A stretch of DNA of 64,000 nt, counting the filler, from Reclinomonas americana ATCC 50394 (taxonomy: Eukaryota): the NCBI GenBank assembly GCA_048213135.1. It is 18 parts of 18 records of this genome, joined end to end, with 100 filler letters (N's around TTAATTAATTAA, not from the genome) between each part and the next. Parts side by side here need not be neighbours in the genome. Positions count along the whole stretch, not along the records: positions 22,988 to 32,114 come from AFZH01020470.1; positions 32,215 to 33,990 come from AFZH01020471.1; positions 34,091 to 36,805 come from AFZH01020472.1; positions 36,906 to 38,060 come from AFZH01020473.1; 14 more parts are not named here. The stretch is one strand, 5' to 3'. The notes below the pieces were generated by a model that saw nothing but the letters and a program-made list of their open reading frames with translations, was not told the origin of the DNA and did no database searches. Position 1 is the stretch's first letter. Every line of letters begins with the position of its first letter. A program made the translations under genes and the position numbers. Below are positions 23,950 to 36,995 of the stretch, piece by piece.

Positions 23950-26900
23950 TTAATCGTCATCATTATTGCCGTCGTCTTCGTCGCCTGCTATCCAGTCAAC
24001 ATCGTTGGGATCGTCTCCCCAGTCATCGTCGTCGGCATCCGTGCCCTCGTCGTCATCGTAACCGCCATCATTAGAATCCAAGTCGCTCTCCGAATCCTCC
24101 GCTACTTGGCCTGCCACCTCCGCGACAGGGAAGATAAAGTCCCCGACATCGTCAATTGCATAGGTGAAATCAGGTAGGACGGTGCCGATAATGCGCTCCA
24201 GCAGTCCTTGAGCGTTTCGACGCATCAGATGAATCGACTTTCCAGATACTCGAGCAGTGTAGGATGTTCCACATGACATGCCGCCGAAGGCAAACACTTG
24301 ACCCACATTAGGAGTCACAAGATCTGCCTGCTCGTCAAGAGGAACTTCTATTCCACTTGCCAGCGACCACACCCGCACAGTCTGGTCCCAACTGCCACTC
24401 ACAATGTGCTGGCCATCGGGTGTCACTGCCACTGTACGCACCCAGCTCGTGTGACCTTTCAGTCGACGCACCTTCTCGCCACTCGCCAGTGACCACACCC
24501 GTACAGTTTTATCCCAACTGCCGCTGACAACGTGCAGGCCATCGGGTGTCACTGTCACTGCCCGCACCCGATCCGTGTGGCCTTTCAGTCGACGCACCTT
24601 CTCGCCACTTGCCAACGACCACACCCGCACAGTCCTATCATGACTGCCACTCACAATGTGCTGACCATCAGGTGTCACTGCTACTGCATTCACCTCTCCC
24701 GTGTGGCCTTTCAGTCGACGCACCTCCTCGCCACTTGCCACCGACCACACTCGTACAGTCCAGTCAGTACTGCCACTCACAATGTGCTGGCCATCGGGTG
24801 TCACTGCCACTGCCCACACCCCACTCACCCGCACAGTACTATCATCACTGCCCCCAAAAACCTCTTCCGTGTGGCCTTCCAGTCGGCGCACCTCCTCGCC
24901 ACTTGCCACCGACCACACCCGCACAGTTCCGTCACCACTGCCACTCACAATGTGCTTCCCATCGGGTGTCACTGCCACTGCCCACACCCAACTCGCGTGA
25001 CCTTCCAGTCGTCGCACCTCCTCGCCACTTGACATCGACCACACCCGTACAGTCTTGTCAGCACTGCCACTTACAATGTGCTGGCCATCGGGAGACATCA
25101 CGAGATCCGATGAATGGCCTTCCGCCCACAATTCCTCCCCCGTTTCCACAGACCACATTCTCACCGACCAGTCCATATCTGCACTCAAAACGTACTGACC
25201 ATCGAGAGTGAGCACAACACTTCGCACTGAATCAGTGAGTCCTCCTAACCGCCGCGCGCCCTCCTCATCCACCACCGACCACACCCGCACAGTCTTGTCA
25301 TAACTGCCACTCACAATGTGCTGGCCATCAGGTGTCACCGCCACTGCACACACCTCACTCGTGTGGCCTTCCAGTCGGCGCACCTCCTCGCCACTTGCCG
25401 CCGACCACACCCGTACAGTGTTGTCATTACTGCCACTCACAATATGCTGGCCATCAGGCGTCACTGCCACTACATTCACTGAGCCTGTTCGACCTTTCAG
25501 CCGGCGCACCTCCTCGCCACTTGCCGCCGACCACACCCGTACAGTGTTGTCATTACTGCCACTCACAATGTGCTGGCCATCGGGTGTCACTGCCACTGCT
25601 TGCACCCCATTCGTGTGGCCTTCCAGTCGGCGCACTTCCTCGCCACTTGCCAGCGACCACACCCGTACAGTTTTGTCCCAACTGCCGCTCACAATGTGCT
25701 GCCCATCGGGAGTCACTGCCACTGCTTGCACCCCATTCGTGTGGCCTTCCAGTCGGCGCACTTCCTCGCCACTTGCCAGCGACCACACCCGTACAGTTTT
25801 GTCCCAACTGCCGCTCACAATGTGCTGCCCATCGGGAGTCACTGCCACTGAATGCACCCCATTCGTGTGGCCTTCCAGTTGGCGCACCTCCTCGCCACTT
25901 GCCACCGACCACACTCGTACAGTCTTGTCCCAACTGCCACTCACAATGTGCTGGCCATCGGGTGTCACTGCCAGTGCAAGAACAACACTCGTGTGACCTT
26001 CCAGTCGGCGCACCTCCTCTCCACTCGCCAGAGACCACACTCGTACAGTCTTGTCATCACTGCCACTCACAATGTGCTGCCCATCGGATGTCACTGTCAC
26101 TGCAGTCACCCTACTCGTGTGCCCCACTATCGGCTTCCTCGGCCACCTCACACCCGACACATCCGCCCCTCTGAAATCCGCCTCCCTGGCATTCGCCATG
26201 CACAAATTCACCCCTCGCAAATCCGCTCCCCTCCACACCGTCCTGTGCATCACCGCATCCCTCAAATCCGCACCCCTTACTCGCACTCCAGACAGATCTC
26301 GCCCACTGAACGACACTTGCGCCACACACAACACCGTCGCTGCATTCGCGGCTGCCGTCACCACTCGCTTCTCGTCCACATCGCGCGACATCTCAATCAC
26401 CTCCCACAGCCTCGCTTGCAAACGAGGTGACCGTCGTACCACCTCGGCCATCTGCTCCATCAACGATGGTCGATCATTCAGCAGTCGCACTGCCAACACA
26501 TGCTGCTGCACATCTTGCATCGTCAACCTCCTCTCCTCATCCCACGTCTCCCATGCAAACACATGGCGCGCCACACAGTGCTCCAGCAAGGACAGATGCA
26601 CGAAGCCCCACTGCGTCGTCCCATACCGTCGCACAATCGGACAGCACACTCGCACATACTGGTTCTTTCGACCAAGGAACTTGTCAAACGGTCCCTCTTC
26701 CACTCGTCGCAAGGCGAGTGGCGCACCACCAAAGTCATCCTCACTCGATTGACTCTCCATCACAGACACACGCACCACATTCTTCTCATGCATCAACCGT
26801 GCCAGTCCCTCACAGAACGAGAAACACGTCTCCTCACTCGGCACACGCTCCGCACCCAGACGCGTCTGCCTCTCCTGCTCCCTCACAATCCAATGTCGAA

Positions 26901-28941
26901 TGAATCGGTCAAACACATCACACCGAGTCGGTCGCTGCACAGCACTCGCCACCAACTCCGGCAACACACGAGCCACCACTGCCAGCAGGAATGGATTCGA
27001 CACCAGTGCATCCAGTCCATGCACACTCTTCAATGCATGGATGTAATCATCGGCAGAAGACCACCCTTCATCATCACCAGCACCCACCTGCACCAGTCGC
27101 GCAATGTACTCCTCAATCTGCTCCTTATTGAACGGTGCAATGTGTCGCTCCATCAGCTGCTGCATGCACAGTTGGCCACGTACATCCACCGGTGCAAAGT
27201 ACCGTCGATACTGCGTCACACCACCCAGAGCCGTCAGTGCGTAATCCCCACGACAGGTGATAATCACCTTCAAATCGCGACACACATCCAGCTGGTTCTT
27301 GACAAAAAGATTCACACCACGGTACAACTCGTCGTATCCGTCGAGCAACAACAGCAGTGGCTCCTCCTTCAGTCGTCGCACATCTGACTCACTGAATCCC
27401 AACTCGGGCGACAATCGCTCCAATGCTTCCTCCAACAATCGCTCATCGGCATTGCGCAATGCACCAAGCGGCACACGCACAGGCACTCGTCTGCTCTCTC
27501 TCGTCTGCCACCGTCGCCATGCTCGCTCAGCCAGCACTGACATGGTGGTGGTCTTACCAGCTCCACTGTTGCCAAACAGCACCAGCACACGCTGCGTGGT
27601 GTTGGTGTCGGAGAGGAAGGCATCCACCTCCGTCAATAAATCCGTCATCTTGTCGGTCGAGGAGACGTCACGCTCACGTGAGCACAGCAGTGGCACATAC
27701 ATCTGCATGTCCTTGCGCACACTCTCGTCGTGCTGGTAGAACGAGAGCTCACGTTGAGCGAGTTGATGCAGTCGCTCCTCAAATGTGCTGACAATGAAGT
27801 CGAGGTGGCGCGCCTCACAGATACGAGTAGAGAATTGTGCTCGCTCATCAGTCGTCAACTGCAGTCGAGAGAGAATGGAAAGGAAGACACCACCGTCACC
27901 AAGATACTGTTGTACCGTGGCATCCGTCAGCGGCAACTCATCGTGTCTCAGCTTGTTCCTGACACTCTGCAGCTCCTCCACCGATTTCCGCTCATCAGCA
28001 TCGTCAATCAGCAGCAGCTTGCGACCGTCATCCAGAACGAAACCACCATACAGCATGATAGAGGTGAGTGATGTCGTATCGAAACCGTCGCACGAAGGTT
28101 CGGAAGAGGCATCAGCGTCAAATGCGGCACGCCAGGCCAACGCCACCGGGTGCTTCTCCTCAAACAACTTGACTCGAGAAGGGTGGAGTGGAGCGTGCCG
28201 CTCACGCCATGCCTTCACAGCCGCCGCATCCATGCCAGCAGGTGTGAAACTCGGCACCCATGCCCGCACATCAAAGTCGGGATGATCGCGACTGAACTGC
28301 ACCAGTTTGCGTTGACAGCGCAGACGCACAGCTTCCTCCACCACCTCAAAGGCCATGTTAATGCGCTGCGAGTTGATCATGCTGCGCGTGCATACAAACA
28401 CAGTCAGCACAAGCCCACGCTGAGTGAGGAGAAACAAAGAAGAGGAGAGACGAGGATGACAATGGCAAGCAGAACAAACCGGGTCCCTCGCTCCGAGTTG
28501 CTGTGCGAAGAAATGAGAGTGAGTTGCATGCTTTGCACAGAGAGATGACCAATACGCATCCTAGACACACCTTTCACTCCCACTCCCTCCACTCAACTGC
28601 AGCGTCACGCCAAGCGTCAGACGGACAACAAGGTGCGTGGATGAGTTGATGCCGAGAGTCTTCAACTTCATCACATTCGCATCCTCCAAGTCGTAAGGGA
28701 CAGGCTTCTCTACCCCCACAATCTCCACCCCCTCATCTCCACTCTTCTCACGCAGCAAGCGGGTGGCCTCGCGCAGCAAGACTGCGAGAGTGGACATGGC
28801 CGACATGCCCTCCACCACCACCGACAACGACGAATCATGCGCCGCACTCACGTGCACAGAGAACTGTGTACAAACAAAGAGAAGTGAGCACACACATAGA
28901 GAAGGAGGGAAGAAAGAGAACAAACAAACACACACCGACAT
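23950..28941 (-). CDS. NLR-like STAND protein, copy 1: Ubl-like, HEPN-like, NACHT, pentapeptide repeats, 14 WD40, acidic tail
   Basis: Exon 1 ATGTCG at 28941; exon 2 about 28863-28571 (FSVHVSAAHDSSLSVVVEG..LKTLGINSSTHLVVRL); exon 3 28381-23950. Motifs: FDTTSL, RNKLRH (27943-27960), Walker A GNSGAGKTT, Walker B LLLLLDGYDEL, KVIITCR, NPFLL, FVHLSLLEH, AAANAATVL..FSGRDLSGVRVRGADL, then 42-aa WD repeats. Confidence 0.9.
24340..26130 (-). repeat. Highly conserved 126-bp WD40-coding tandem repeats
   Basis: Unit GHT..V.AVAVTPDGQHIVSGS.D.TVRVWS.ASGEEVRRLE; about 25605-25730 and 25731-25850 appear identical at the nucleotide level. Confidence 0.92.
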
Positions 28942-29274
28942 TGAGTGTTCTGTTCTCCGGCGCGATTCACAACAATTCCTGTCAATGGAGTTGTCACAAT
29001 GCCGGCTGTTTCAACCGAAGGGGGAGGGCGCAGGCTGCAGGTGTTGCTGACAATGCCAAACGGACGAATGCAAGCACAATCACAGGGTATTTTATACACT
29101 CCACTTCCTATTCAAACACCTCGGCGCAGCTTGCGCTCGTCTTCCTCATCATTCTCACTCTAACAGCATTTGACAGCCGATCAGCGTTGCTGTGATTTGC
29201 CCAGCATCGGCATGACAGTCATTTGAGCGCTGCACCAACAAGCCACTGTCAGAAAACTTGTCTCCAATAGCACA

Positions 29275-32214
29275 TCACTCTCTCCCTCCACGCAACGGCG
29301 ACTCTGGTGGCGATGAAGGCCCAAACCGCTGCTGCTTTCGCTGCCGTTCCAACTCACGATCCTTCTCCACCAAGTCGAGAATCGCGGCACGTCGATCGGC
29401 CGCCGACAGCGATTCAAAGTCCACCGAGCGCGCGGTGGCCGGGCCCCTGATTGTAGAAGTGAGACACTCTCCCTTCCTCCCTTCCCCCTTCCCCCACACT
29501 CAACTGCCGAGAACTCGGCGACCCACTCCCCGGCGGCGTTCCCTCCCGCTCCATCTTTTGCTTGAATCGCCTGCCATCGCACCAATCACATAAGTCACCA
29601 CTAGCATCACAAATCACTCCGCCAATCAACAAACCTCGTGCGCGCCGAGAACGGAGTGATGCGCGTCGTCGGGTGCGGTGAGCCGCCACTGCTGCTACCT
29701 CCACCACCAGGAGCTGCCAGAGAAGATCAGCGACAGAAGCAAAGCCAACACAAGTCGGTGAACACGCACAAGAGAGAACGCGGACTTCAGTCAGACTGCT
29801 CCGTCCAGTATCCAACGACCGCGTCGTCTGCCCAGCAGCCGCCGCCGTCGCCGCAGCGCGCGCCGTTTGTGCTGCGCCTCCATTTTGTTAGCAACCAGAA
29901 ACGCGCTATTCCAAGTGAAAGTGGGACGCAACGAGAAGTCGGGGTGTTCCCAGGCCGCGCACCTCGCCACTTATCCACCTGCCCGTGCGCCATCGACACG
30001 CGGACAAACATTTCATCACGCGGCTTCTCCGATGGCGGTGGCAATGGCACAGCCTGGTTCGAGTGCATGATGCGCAATTGCTGCAGAATCAGAAGGGTAA
30101 GTGACGGCAAAGGCAAAGAATTTGCAGAAGAGCACGAAACTGCCTGTGCTGCAGCAGCAGCCACTGAACCAGGAGTAGCCGTGGCCTGCGAGGTTGCAAT
30201 CGCCTGCGCCAAACCGCCAGTCGGTGGTGGCGAGTCCTTGCCGTCCGACTCCTGCGCGAGCACAAAGAGTGAGTGACAATGCCCCACACCCAAACTTGAA
30301 GAGGAGACGCACCACATCCGAGTAGTCGGCATCGTTTGAGTGCTGTCACGGAAAGAGCTGGTGAGTATGCAACCAAATAGAGAACAGAAGACTGGCGCAC
30401 TTACCCGGAAGCCCACAGACGTGCGTGGTCGTGCATGATCTTGCGGCACGTCAAAGTTCTGCGGCGGGGTGTTAGCATGTTTTGTTCATGATAACCGTGG
30501 TCAACACTGACGCAACTCGGAAGGTGTAGTAAGGACCCGTCTGCGAGCGCATCGGATTGCGACTGTGGAGAGCAAGCAAGTTAGCAACACATTTCGACAG
30601 AAGGTCGAAGTCTGTCGTACGCACGCAGTGGAGTTGGCAGAGGTTGCACGCGGCATCTTGGGTTTCGATGCCTCGCTTGGTGAATTGCCCTTGAGCGGTA
30701 GCCGGGGGATCACTACACGAGAGGGGGACAAGCAAAGTGAGGAAATAACAGAAGTAGGCAACTCACTTACTCACTACTCACATAATACACGCACATATCA
30801 ACGCACTCTATCTCTCACTCCTTCCCTTTCCCCACAAATGCACTCACCAGTCTCAGACAATTGGCTCGTGGTATGCGCATGGTAGTCGACATAAGGCGAC
30901 GGCGGGGGCGACCTGTCCTCTGGGTACAGACGATACGGTGCCACCTGCGAAATGGGAAGGATGTGAGAAAGACGAAAGGGACTGCAGAACAGAGAATACA
31001 AGTGAAAGAAGTACAATCAAGCGTCCATCGGCACTGCCACGAGAGAGTAGGAGAGCACCAAGAAGATGCAAACCGCTTCCTATCTTTCCTTCCTCTCCAC
31101 CTCACACACAATAGACCTTCCTATTCCCAACCCACATTCCTGCCAGTCTAAGCGAACACTATCTGGCACTTGCCCTCTCTCCGCACAAGAAGTCGTGGCT
31201 TTCACCCTCCCTCGCTGCGAACTGCTTTGCCCAAACTGTGGCTTCCGTCACTTCCCGACTTCCAAAACAAAATTCTCTTAGTTGCCTCTACCCCCTATCC
31301 TCATCGCTGGCCTCGCTAACTACTTCCGTCATTGCTCACACTCCATATCACTTCGCGCCACACCACACAATCGCGCTCTCCCACTCACACTCTCCTTCAA
31401 TTTCTCCTTTCGTCTCCTCTGAAAGACACCTTCATTCCACAGCCTTGCACTCCCTCTCGACCATCCCTAACATCATCCATTCTTCCCCTTCTCCCCTTTC
31501 CCTTTTCCCCCGCACATGCATCTTCTTCCCTCATTCTCCCTTTACCCCTCCCCCTTCTCCTCTTCTCCCTTTCCCCTTTTTCCCCCTTCTCCCTTTTCTC
31601 CCCCTTCTCCCCTTCTCCCCCTTCTCCCTCTTCACCCCCTCCTCCCCTTTCCTTCCCCCTTCTCCCCCTGCTCCCCCCACAAACCTCATCCTCATCCTCC
31701 GAATCAAACTCCTCCTCCGCTCTCTCCTGCCCCGGCAACACCAACAACCGCACCGTCGCCAACACCAACTCCATATTCTTCTTCCGCTCCAACCACAAAT
31801 CCGACTTGCGCCGCCGCGTGCGATCCAGCAAATCGCGATAGCGCAGCTGCAGTCGCTCGAACACGCCGAGTTTCCTGCACAGAAGGAGGTAAGTAGGAGG
31901 AGGAGCAAAAGGAGTGGGATCAAGTGACGCAACTTGTACGGATCGCCAGAGGTACCGAGGTCGAGCAGCTGCTTCTTGCGTCGCAGGAGATCAAAGTTGG
32001 CGCCGGCAATCTCCCGGCGCAGCTTGTCGTCGGTTTTGATGGCCTCCTGCAGAGGGGGCAATGCGATGAGACAAGGGGGAGGGGAGAAGGAAGGGAGATG
32101 GAGGGAAGGGGGGGNNNNNNNNNNNNNNNNNNNNNNNNNNNNNNNNNNNNNNNNNNNNTTAATTAATTAANNNNNNNNNNNNNNNNNNNNNNNNNNNNNN
32201 NNNNNNNNNNNNNN

Positions 32215-32252
<38 letters not shown>

Positions 32253-35200
32253 GACTTGAGGGAGTGAGGGAAAAGGACAGGCAGCGAGAGCACAGAAAGC
32301 TATAAGCAGATTCGAGACCAGTACTGCCAGTCAACTACAGAGACCGAGGAGGGAGAGAAAGAGAAGAAGAAGAAAGGGTGGCAGACAGGAGCGCATAAGA
32401 GAGAAGACTTGAGAGTGGTTGAGTGAAGAGACTGAAGGCGAAAATAATGCATAGAAGCGTGAGAGGCCAGTCAACTACGGAGACAGAGAGGTGAGGATCA
32501 GAGAGAGAGAGAGAGAGAAGAGGAGAGAGAGAGAGTGCGTGTGCGTGTCTGTGAGTATGTAAGTGTATGGGCGTGGACCTCACCTGCAACACGGGAGCAC
32601 CCTGACGCAGACGATCCAATTCCTGCTGCATGGCGGCCATCTGATCGCGCAGTTCTTGGTTCTCCTTGCGCAGTTGCGCGAGTTGCGCACGCAGTTCCTC
32701 GATCAACACATCGCTGCGAGAGAAATAAGCAACAGGAGGAATCACATCAGCAGCGAGAAACACACACCGCTGCGCAATAATGCGATCCTTCTCGCGCAGC
32801 TGGTCCTGCATGTCGCTGGCATTCGCCGCATTCTCCACACGCACAACATGCGACCGCAAATCCTCGGCCATCATCTGCGACTTGTCCACCGACCTGCCAC
32901 AAGACAAAAAGGGTGAGCGCAACGAAAGCCCAGACATTCACAATCCGCCCACGCACTTTTGCAGCGCCGATGTCGACGACGAGGCCTGCTCGGCCTTGTA
33001 CTGCGCCTCCGCCAGCGCCTGCTTCAGCCGGTTGCTCTCGTCGGCAAAGTCGGAGCGCATCTTGAGAATGTTTTCGCGCAGACGCTCCACTTCTTGTTTC
33101 GAGCGCTGCAAAAAAAAGAGTGAGACGAGGAGAATTCAAGAGAGAAGGCGAGCGGACAAACCTCCAGCTCCATGTGCGTGTCGTCGAGTTCACGTTCCAG
33201 CGTCGTAATCTTGAGTTCGAACACGGTGCGGACTTCCAAAATGGCCTGTGCAGGGAAGGGAAAGTGAGTAAGATGCAAGCATGAGGAGAGCGGAAGGGGA
33301 GGGGTATGGAAAGCGAAGGAGGGTAAGGGGTGGGGGGACGAAATGCAGCGAGGGCGAGAGACAGCGGGGGCGAGAGAAAGAGAGAGAGCGCAGAGATAGA
33401 GAAACAGAAGGAGAAATACACGTCCTTGCTCAACAATCCTTCCCTTTCCCTTCTCCTTCCCCCGCTCCCCCCCCTCACGCACCCTCTCCTTCTCCGCCGT
33501 CAGCCGCGTCTCGATCTCCGCCAAGTTCTTCTTCAGCGCCGCAATCTCCGCCGCATGCGTCTCCTTGGTCTCCGTCATCTCCTGCTCGTGCTTCGCCGTG
33601 TTCTTCTGAATGGTGATCACCAGGTCGGCATTGGTGCGCTCCAGCTCGTCGTTGGCGTCGCGCAGCTTGCGCAGTTCGTCGGCGTGGCGGGCCTTCAGTT
33701 GCTCGATTTCCTTTTCGAGTTTTTCCTGCACGCGATCGCAACACGTTTAGCAGGGTGGGGATGACGAGAGAAGATCAGTTGCAGAAACTGACCCTGAGCG
33801 CCTTCAGCTCCTTGGCGTGCTTCGCATTCAGCGCCGTGATCTCGCTGTCGGTGGCGCCGCCGGCACCGCCCTGCTGGCCAGTCCAGTTCCAGTGGACCTG
33901 CAGGAGGGGGAAGGGGGAAGGAAAAGGGTGAGTAAGAGAAGGAGATGGTGGGGGAGGAGGAGCAGGAAAAAAAGGGAAGGAGATGGGGGANNNNNNNNNN
34001 NNNNNNNNNNNNNNNNNNNNNNNNNNNNNNNNNNTTAATTAATTAANNNNNNNNNNNNNNNNNNNNNNNNNNNNNNNNNNNNNNNNNNNNACGCTCGCGC
34101 ACAATCAGCTGCTCTCGGAGGTACATGAGCTCCGCGTAGTAGGCCTGCACAGATCCAACGCGTGAGTGCAATGAGCAGAGATAAAGGGCGAGAGATGAGC
34201 TGTACCTTGCGCTGCTGTTCCAGCGTCTCCTTGCGGCGCGTCAGCTGGCCACGTAGCAAGTCCATTTGCAAGTCGTTACCGCGCAGCTTGCGGGTGGTTT
34301 CCTGTGGAGCGAGGGTGAGTGGAAGGGGAAAAGAAGCGTGCTCCACAGCCTTGGTGCGAGAAGAGTGAGGAACTTTCTTCATCCCGCCAGATAGTTCTTC
34401 CTATTTACCCTACTCCGACACTCAAAACAAGTAGATACCAGAAGCAGTGCGAATCTTCAACTTCCCGTTACCTTCTGCCTCCTTCGCTCTTCCTCCGCCT
34501 CCTCGTCGTCCTCATACTATATCTCTTTCTCTCACTATTTCCTATTTCTCTCTTTCTTTCTTATTCTCTTTCTGTTCCCTCTTCTCTCTTCCCTCCTCCC
34601 TATTCTCGCTTCCCTCTTCTCCCTTCTCTTCTCTCATCTCTCTTCCTCCTCCCCTTTCTTCCCCTTCTCTTCCCCCTTTTGCGCAACTGACAACTTCCTC
34701 GAATACGCCTCACTCTGCTTCGCATACTCCTCCGCCAGCGACCGCGTCCTGTCAATCTCCGTGTTGGCCTCCTGCCGCGACGTCTGCAGCACGCCGGAAA
34801 AGTGCATCGACACCTCGTACACCAGCAGAGTCAAGCACTTGCGCATCATCTCGTCGAAGCGCTTGTGCGCCCGTTGCGACAGATCCAGCTTCTCCTTGGG
34901 CGTCAGCTGTGACGAGTAGACGAACTCGGCGTCCTCTGCATAAAAGGAGAAGGGGTAAGTAAGGCAAAGAGGACATGGGAGGTGGAGAGATGTGTGTGCA
35001 CAAGGAGAAGGGGACGGGAGAGAAGGCAAGCAAGGCTGGCGTACGGTGTGCAAAGAGAGCGAACTAGAGCGACGGTAGATGTGCGAGCACGAAGAAGAGA
35101 AGGGAGACAGGGCGGGAGAGGGCGGCGTGCTGTGCGTGCGCGAGGAGGGGAAGTGAGACTTTCATCCTCCCTCTCTATCTCTTTCTGGCATGCATTCCTG

Positions 35201-36731
35201 TCGATGGCTGGCGCAGTCTTCAGCTGGTCCCTTCTCCCTTTCTCGCTTGCTTCTCCTTTCTCTCACTCTAATCTCCCAAAGCGACAGGGGTGGTGAGCAA
35301 GGAGAAGGAAAGGGCAAGAGAGAGTGCGTGTGCGAGAAGGGGAGTGACACTTCCGTCTCTCTCTGTCTTTCTCATTGTCACTCTCTCCCTCTCTCTCTCA
35401 AGGCCTGTCCCTTCTCTCTCACACTCTAATCTCCAGGGCGACAGGGATGGCGAGTTTTGGAGAGAACAAGGGTGACAAGTGGTGCCGAACAAGGCGACAA
35501 AAGGTGTCGAGTTGCAGAGGAGCGAACAAGGGTGGAGAGTTTTTGCGTGAGCGAAAATCCCTCATCTCTCTATCTCTCTCTCTCTCTCTCTGACATGCAT
35601 TCCTGTCGATGGCAGGCGTAGTCTTCAGCCTGCCCCTTCTCCCTCGCCTGCTTCTCCTCTCTCTCACTCTCATCTCCCAGGACGACAGGGGTGGTGAGCA
35701 GGAAGAGTGAAGGGCAAGAGAGAGTGCGTGTGCGAGAAGGGAGTGAGACTTCCACCTTCTCTGTGTCTCTCCCTCTCACTCTAATCTCCCAGGGCGACAG
35801 GGGTGGCGAGTGGTGCGCGATAGGCGAAAGAAGGTGTCGAGGTGTGTGCGCGACGCAACTCTCCGCCTTGTGATACTTATTGGCAATGTCGTCCTTCACC
35901 GCGCGATACGTGTCGGAAATGTTGCGCGCGCACGAGTCGGCAAGCTTGCGCAGCACACTGTCCGACTGCGACATGACGTCCAGCGTGAGGCCCGGCACGT
36001 GCGCCCCTGCACCCGCTGGTAAGCACAACGAGATGACAGCCACGAAAAAAACCGATAAACTGGCACTTACCAGAGGAGCCCAGCGCGGTGAGAATGGCAT
36101 CGTCCGAGCGCATCGACTTCAACCCCGAAGCCGACCCGTCGCCCTCGCTTGCACCTGCCGCACCATCCAAGTCCTCGTCGACCGGCTCGCCCTCCTCCGA
36201 ACTCAGCTCCTCCGACTCGACTGTGCGCATGTCGTCGTCGTCGTCTTCGTCGTCGTCACCGTCGTCGCGTCGACCGGCGGCGAGGAGCTGTGAGAGGTTC
36301 ACGTCGAGGCCGCCACTGGCGCTGGAGGAGGGGCGGCGGAAGGGGGTGGTGGAGCGGGGGCCACCCGGGGCATTGGAGGCACCTGAGGGGCGGCGGAACT
36401 GCGAGGGGAGGAGGATGTGAGGAGAAGAGAGTGAGTGTGAGTGTGTGAGTGAGTGAGTGAGTGTGTGTGTGTGCAAGAGAGAGAGCGAGAGAGAGAGAGT
36501 GGGTGAGTGAGTGAGTGAGAGAGTGAGTGAGTGAGAGAGAAGAGGGAGTGAGAGAGTGAGAGAGTGAGTGAGTGAGTGAGTGAGTGAGTGAGTGAGTGAG
36601 TGTGAGTGTGAGTGTGACTGAGAGGGAGAGAGAGAGAGACTTACTCACGGAAAATGAGCCCGCACATGAATGCAATGATAACACACGCACACACCCGCAC
36701 ACATACACACACGCACTCTCTCTCTCTCTCA

Positions 36732-36804
<73 letters not shown>

Positions 36805-36995
36805 TNNNNNNNNNNNNNNNNNNNNNNNNNNNNNNNNNNNNNNNNNNNNTTAATTAATTAANNNNNNNNNNNNNNNNNNNNNNNNNNNNNNNNNNNNNNN
36901 NNNNNTTCCTCGCGTTCCTCCTCATCGCTATCTCTTGACATGCGCTCACGTGATGACTTGCTCGCTGCTGCCGAGGCAGGTCGCGAGGAGAGCAT
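29275..36995 (-). CDS. Large multi-exon coiled-coil protein with low-complexity termini
   Basis: Chain of exons from MLSSRPASAAASKSS.. through FRRPSGAS.., coiled-coil exons (EKLEKEIEQLKARHADELRKLRDANDELE; EELRAQLAQLRKENQELRDQMAAMQQELDRL; FERLQLRYRDLLDRTRRRK) to a last exon ..SPPESPLRGGRE* at 29275. Crosses three gaps, so it could be more than one gene. Confidence 0.55.

Noticed and set aside
23204..23963. ORFs 23204..23704 (+) and 23772..23963 (-) as partner genes of NLR copy 1
   Set aside because: No recognisable motifs, no counterpart next to copy 2, and the region fits the promoter of the 23215 gene plus the NLR 3' UTR.
24340..26130. CRISPR array or diversity-generating retroelement behind the regular repeats
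   Set aside because: The repeats are in-frame 126-bp WD40 units. No reverse transcriptase, recombinase or clear adenine-specific template/variable pair was seen in the window.
29181..31000. Independent transposon or small genes between the NLR copies
   Set aside because: The fragments chain by GT-AG splicing as 3' exons of the coiled-coil gene; no transposase, reverse transcriptase or terminal repeats were seen.
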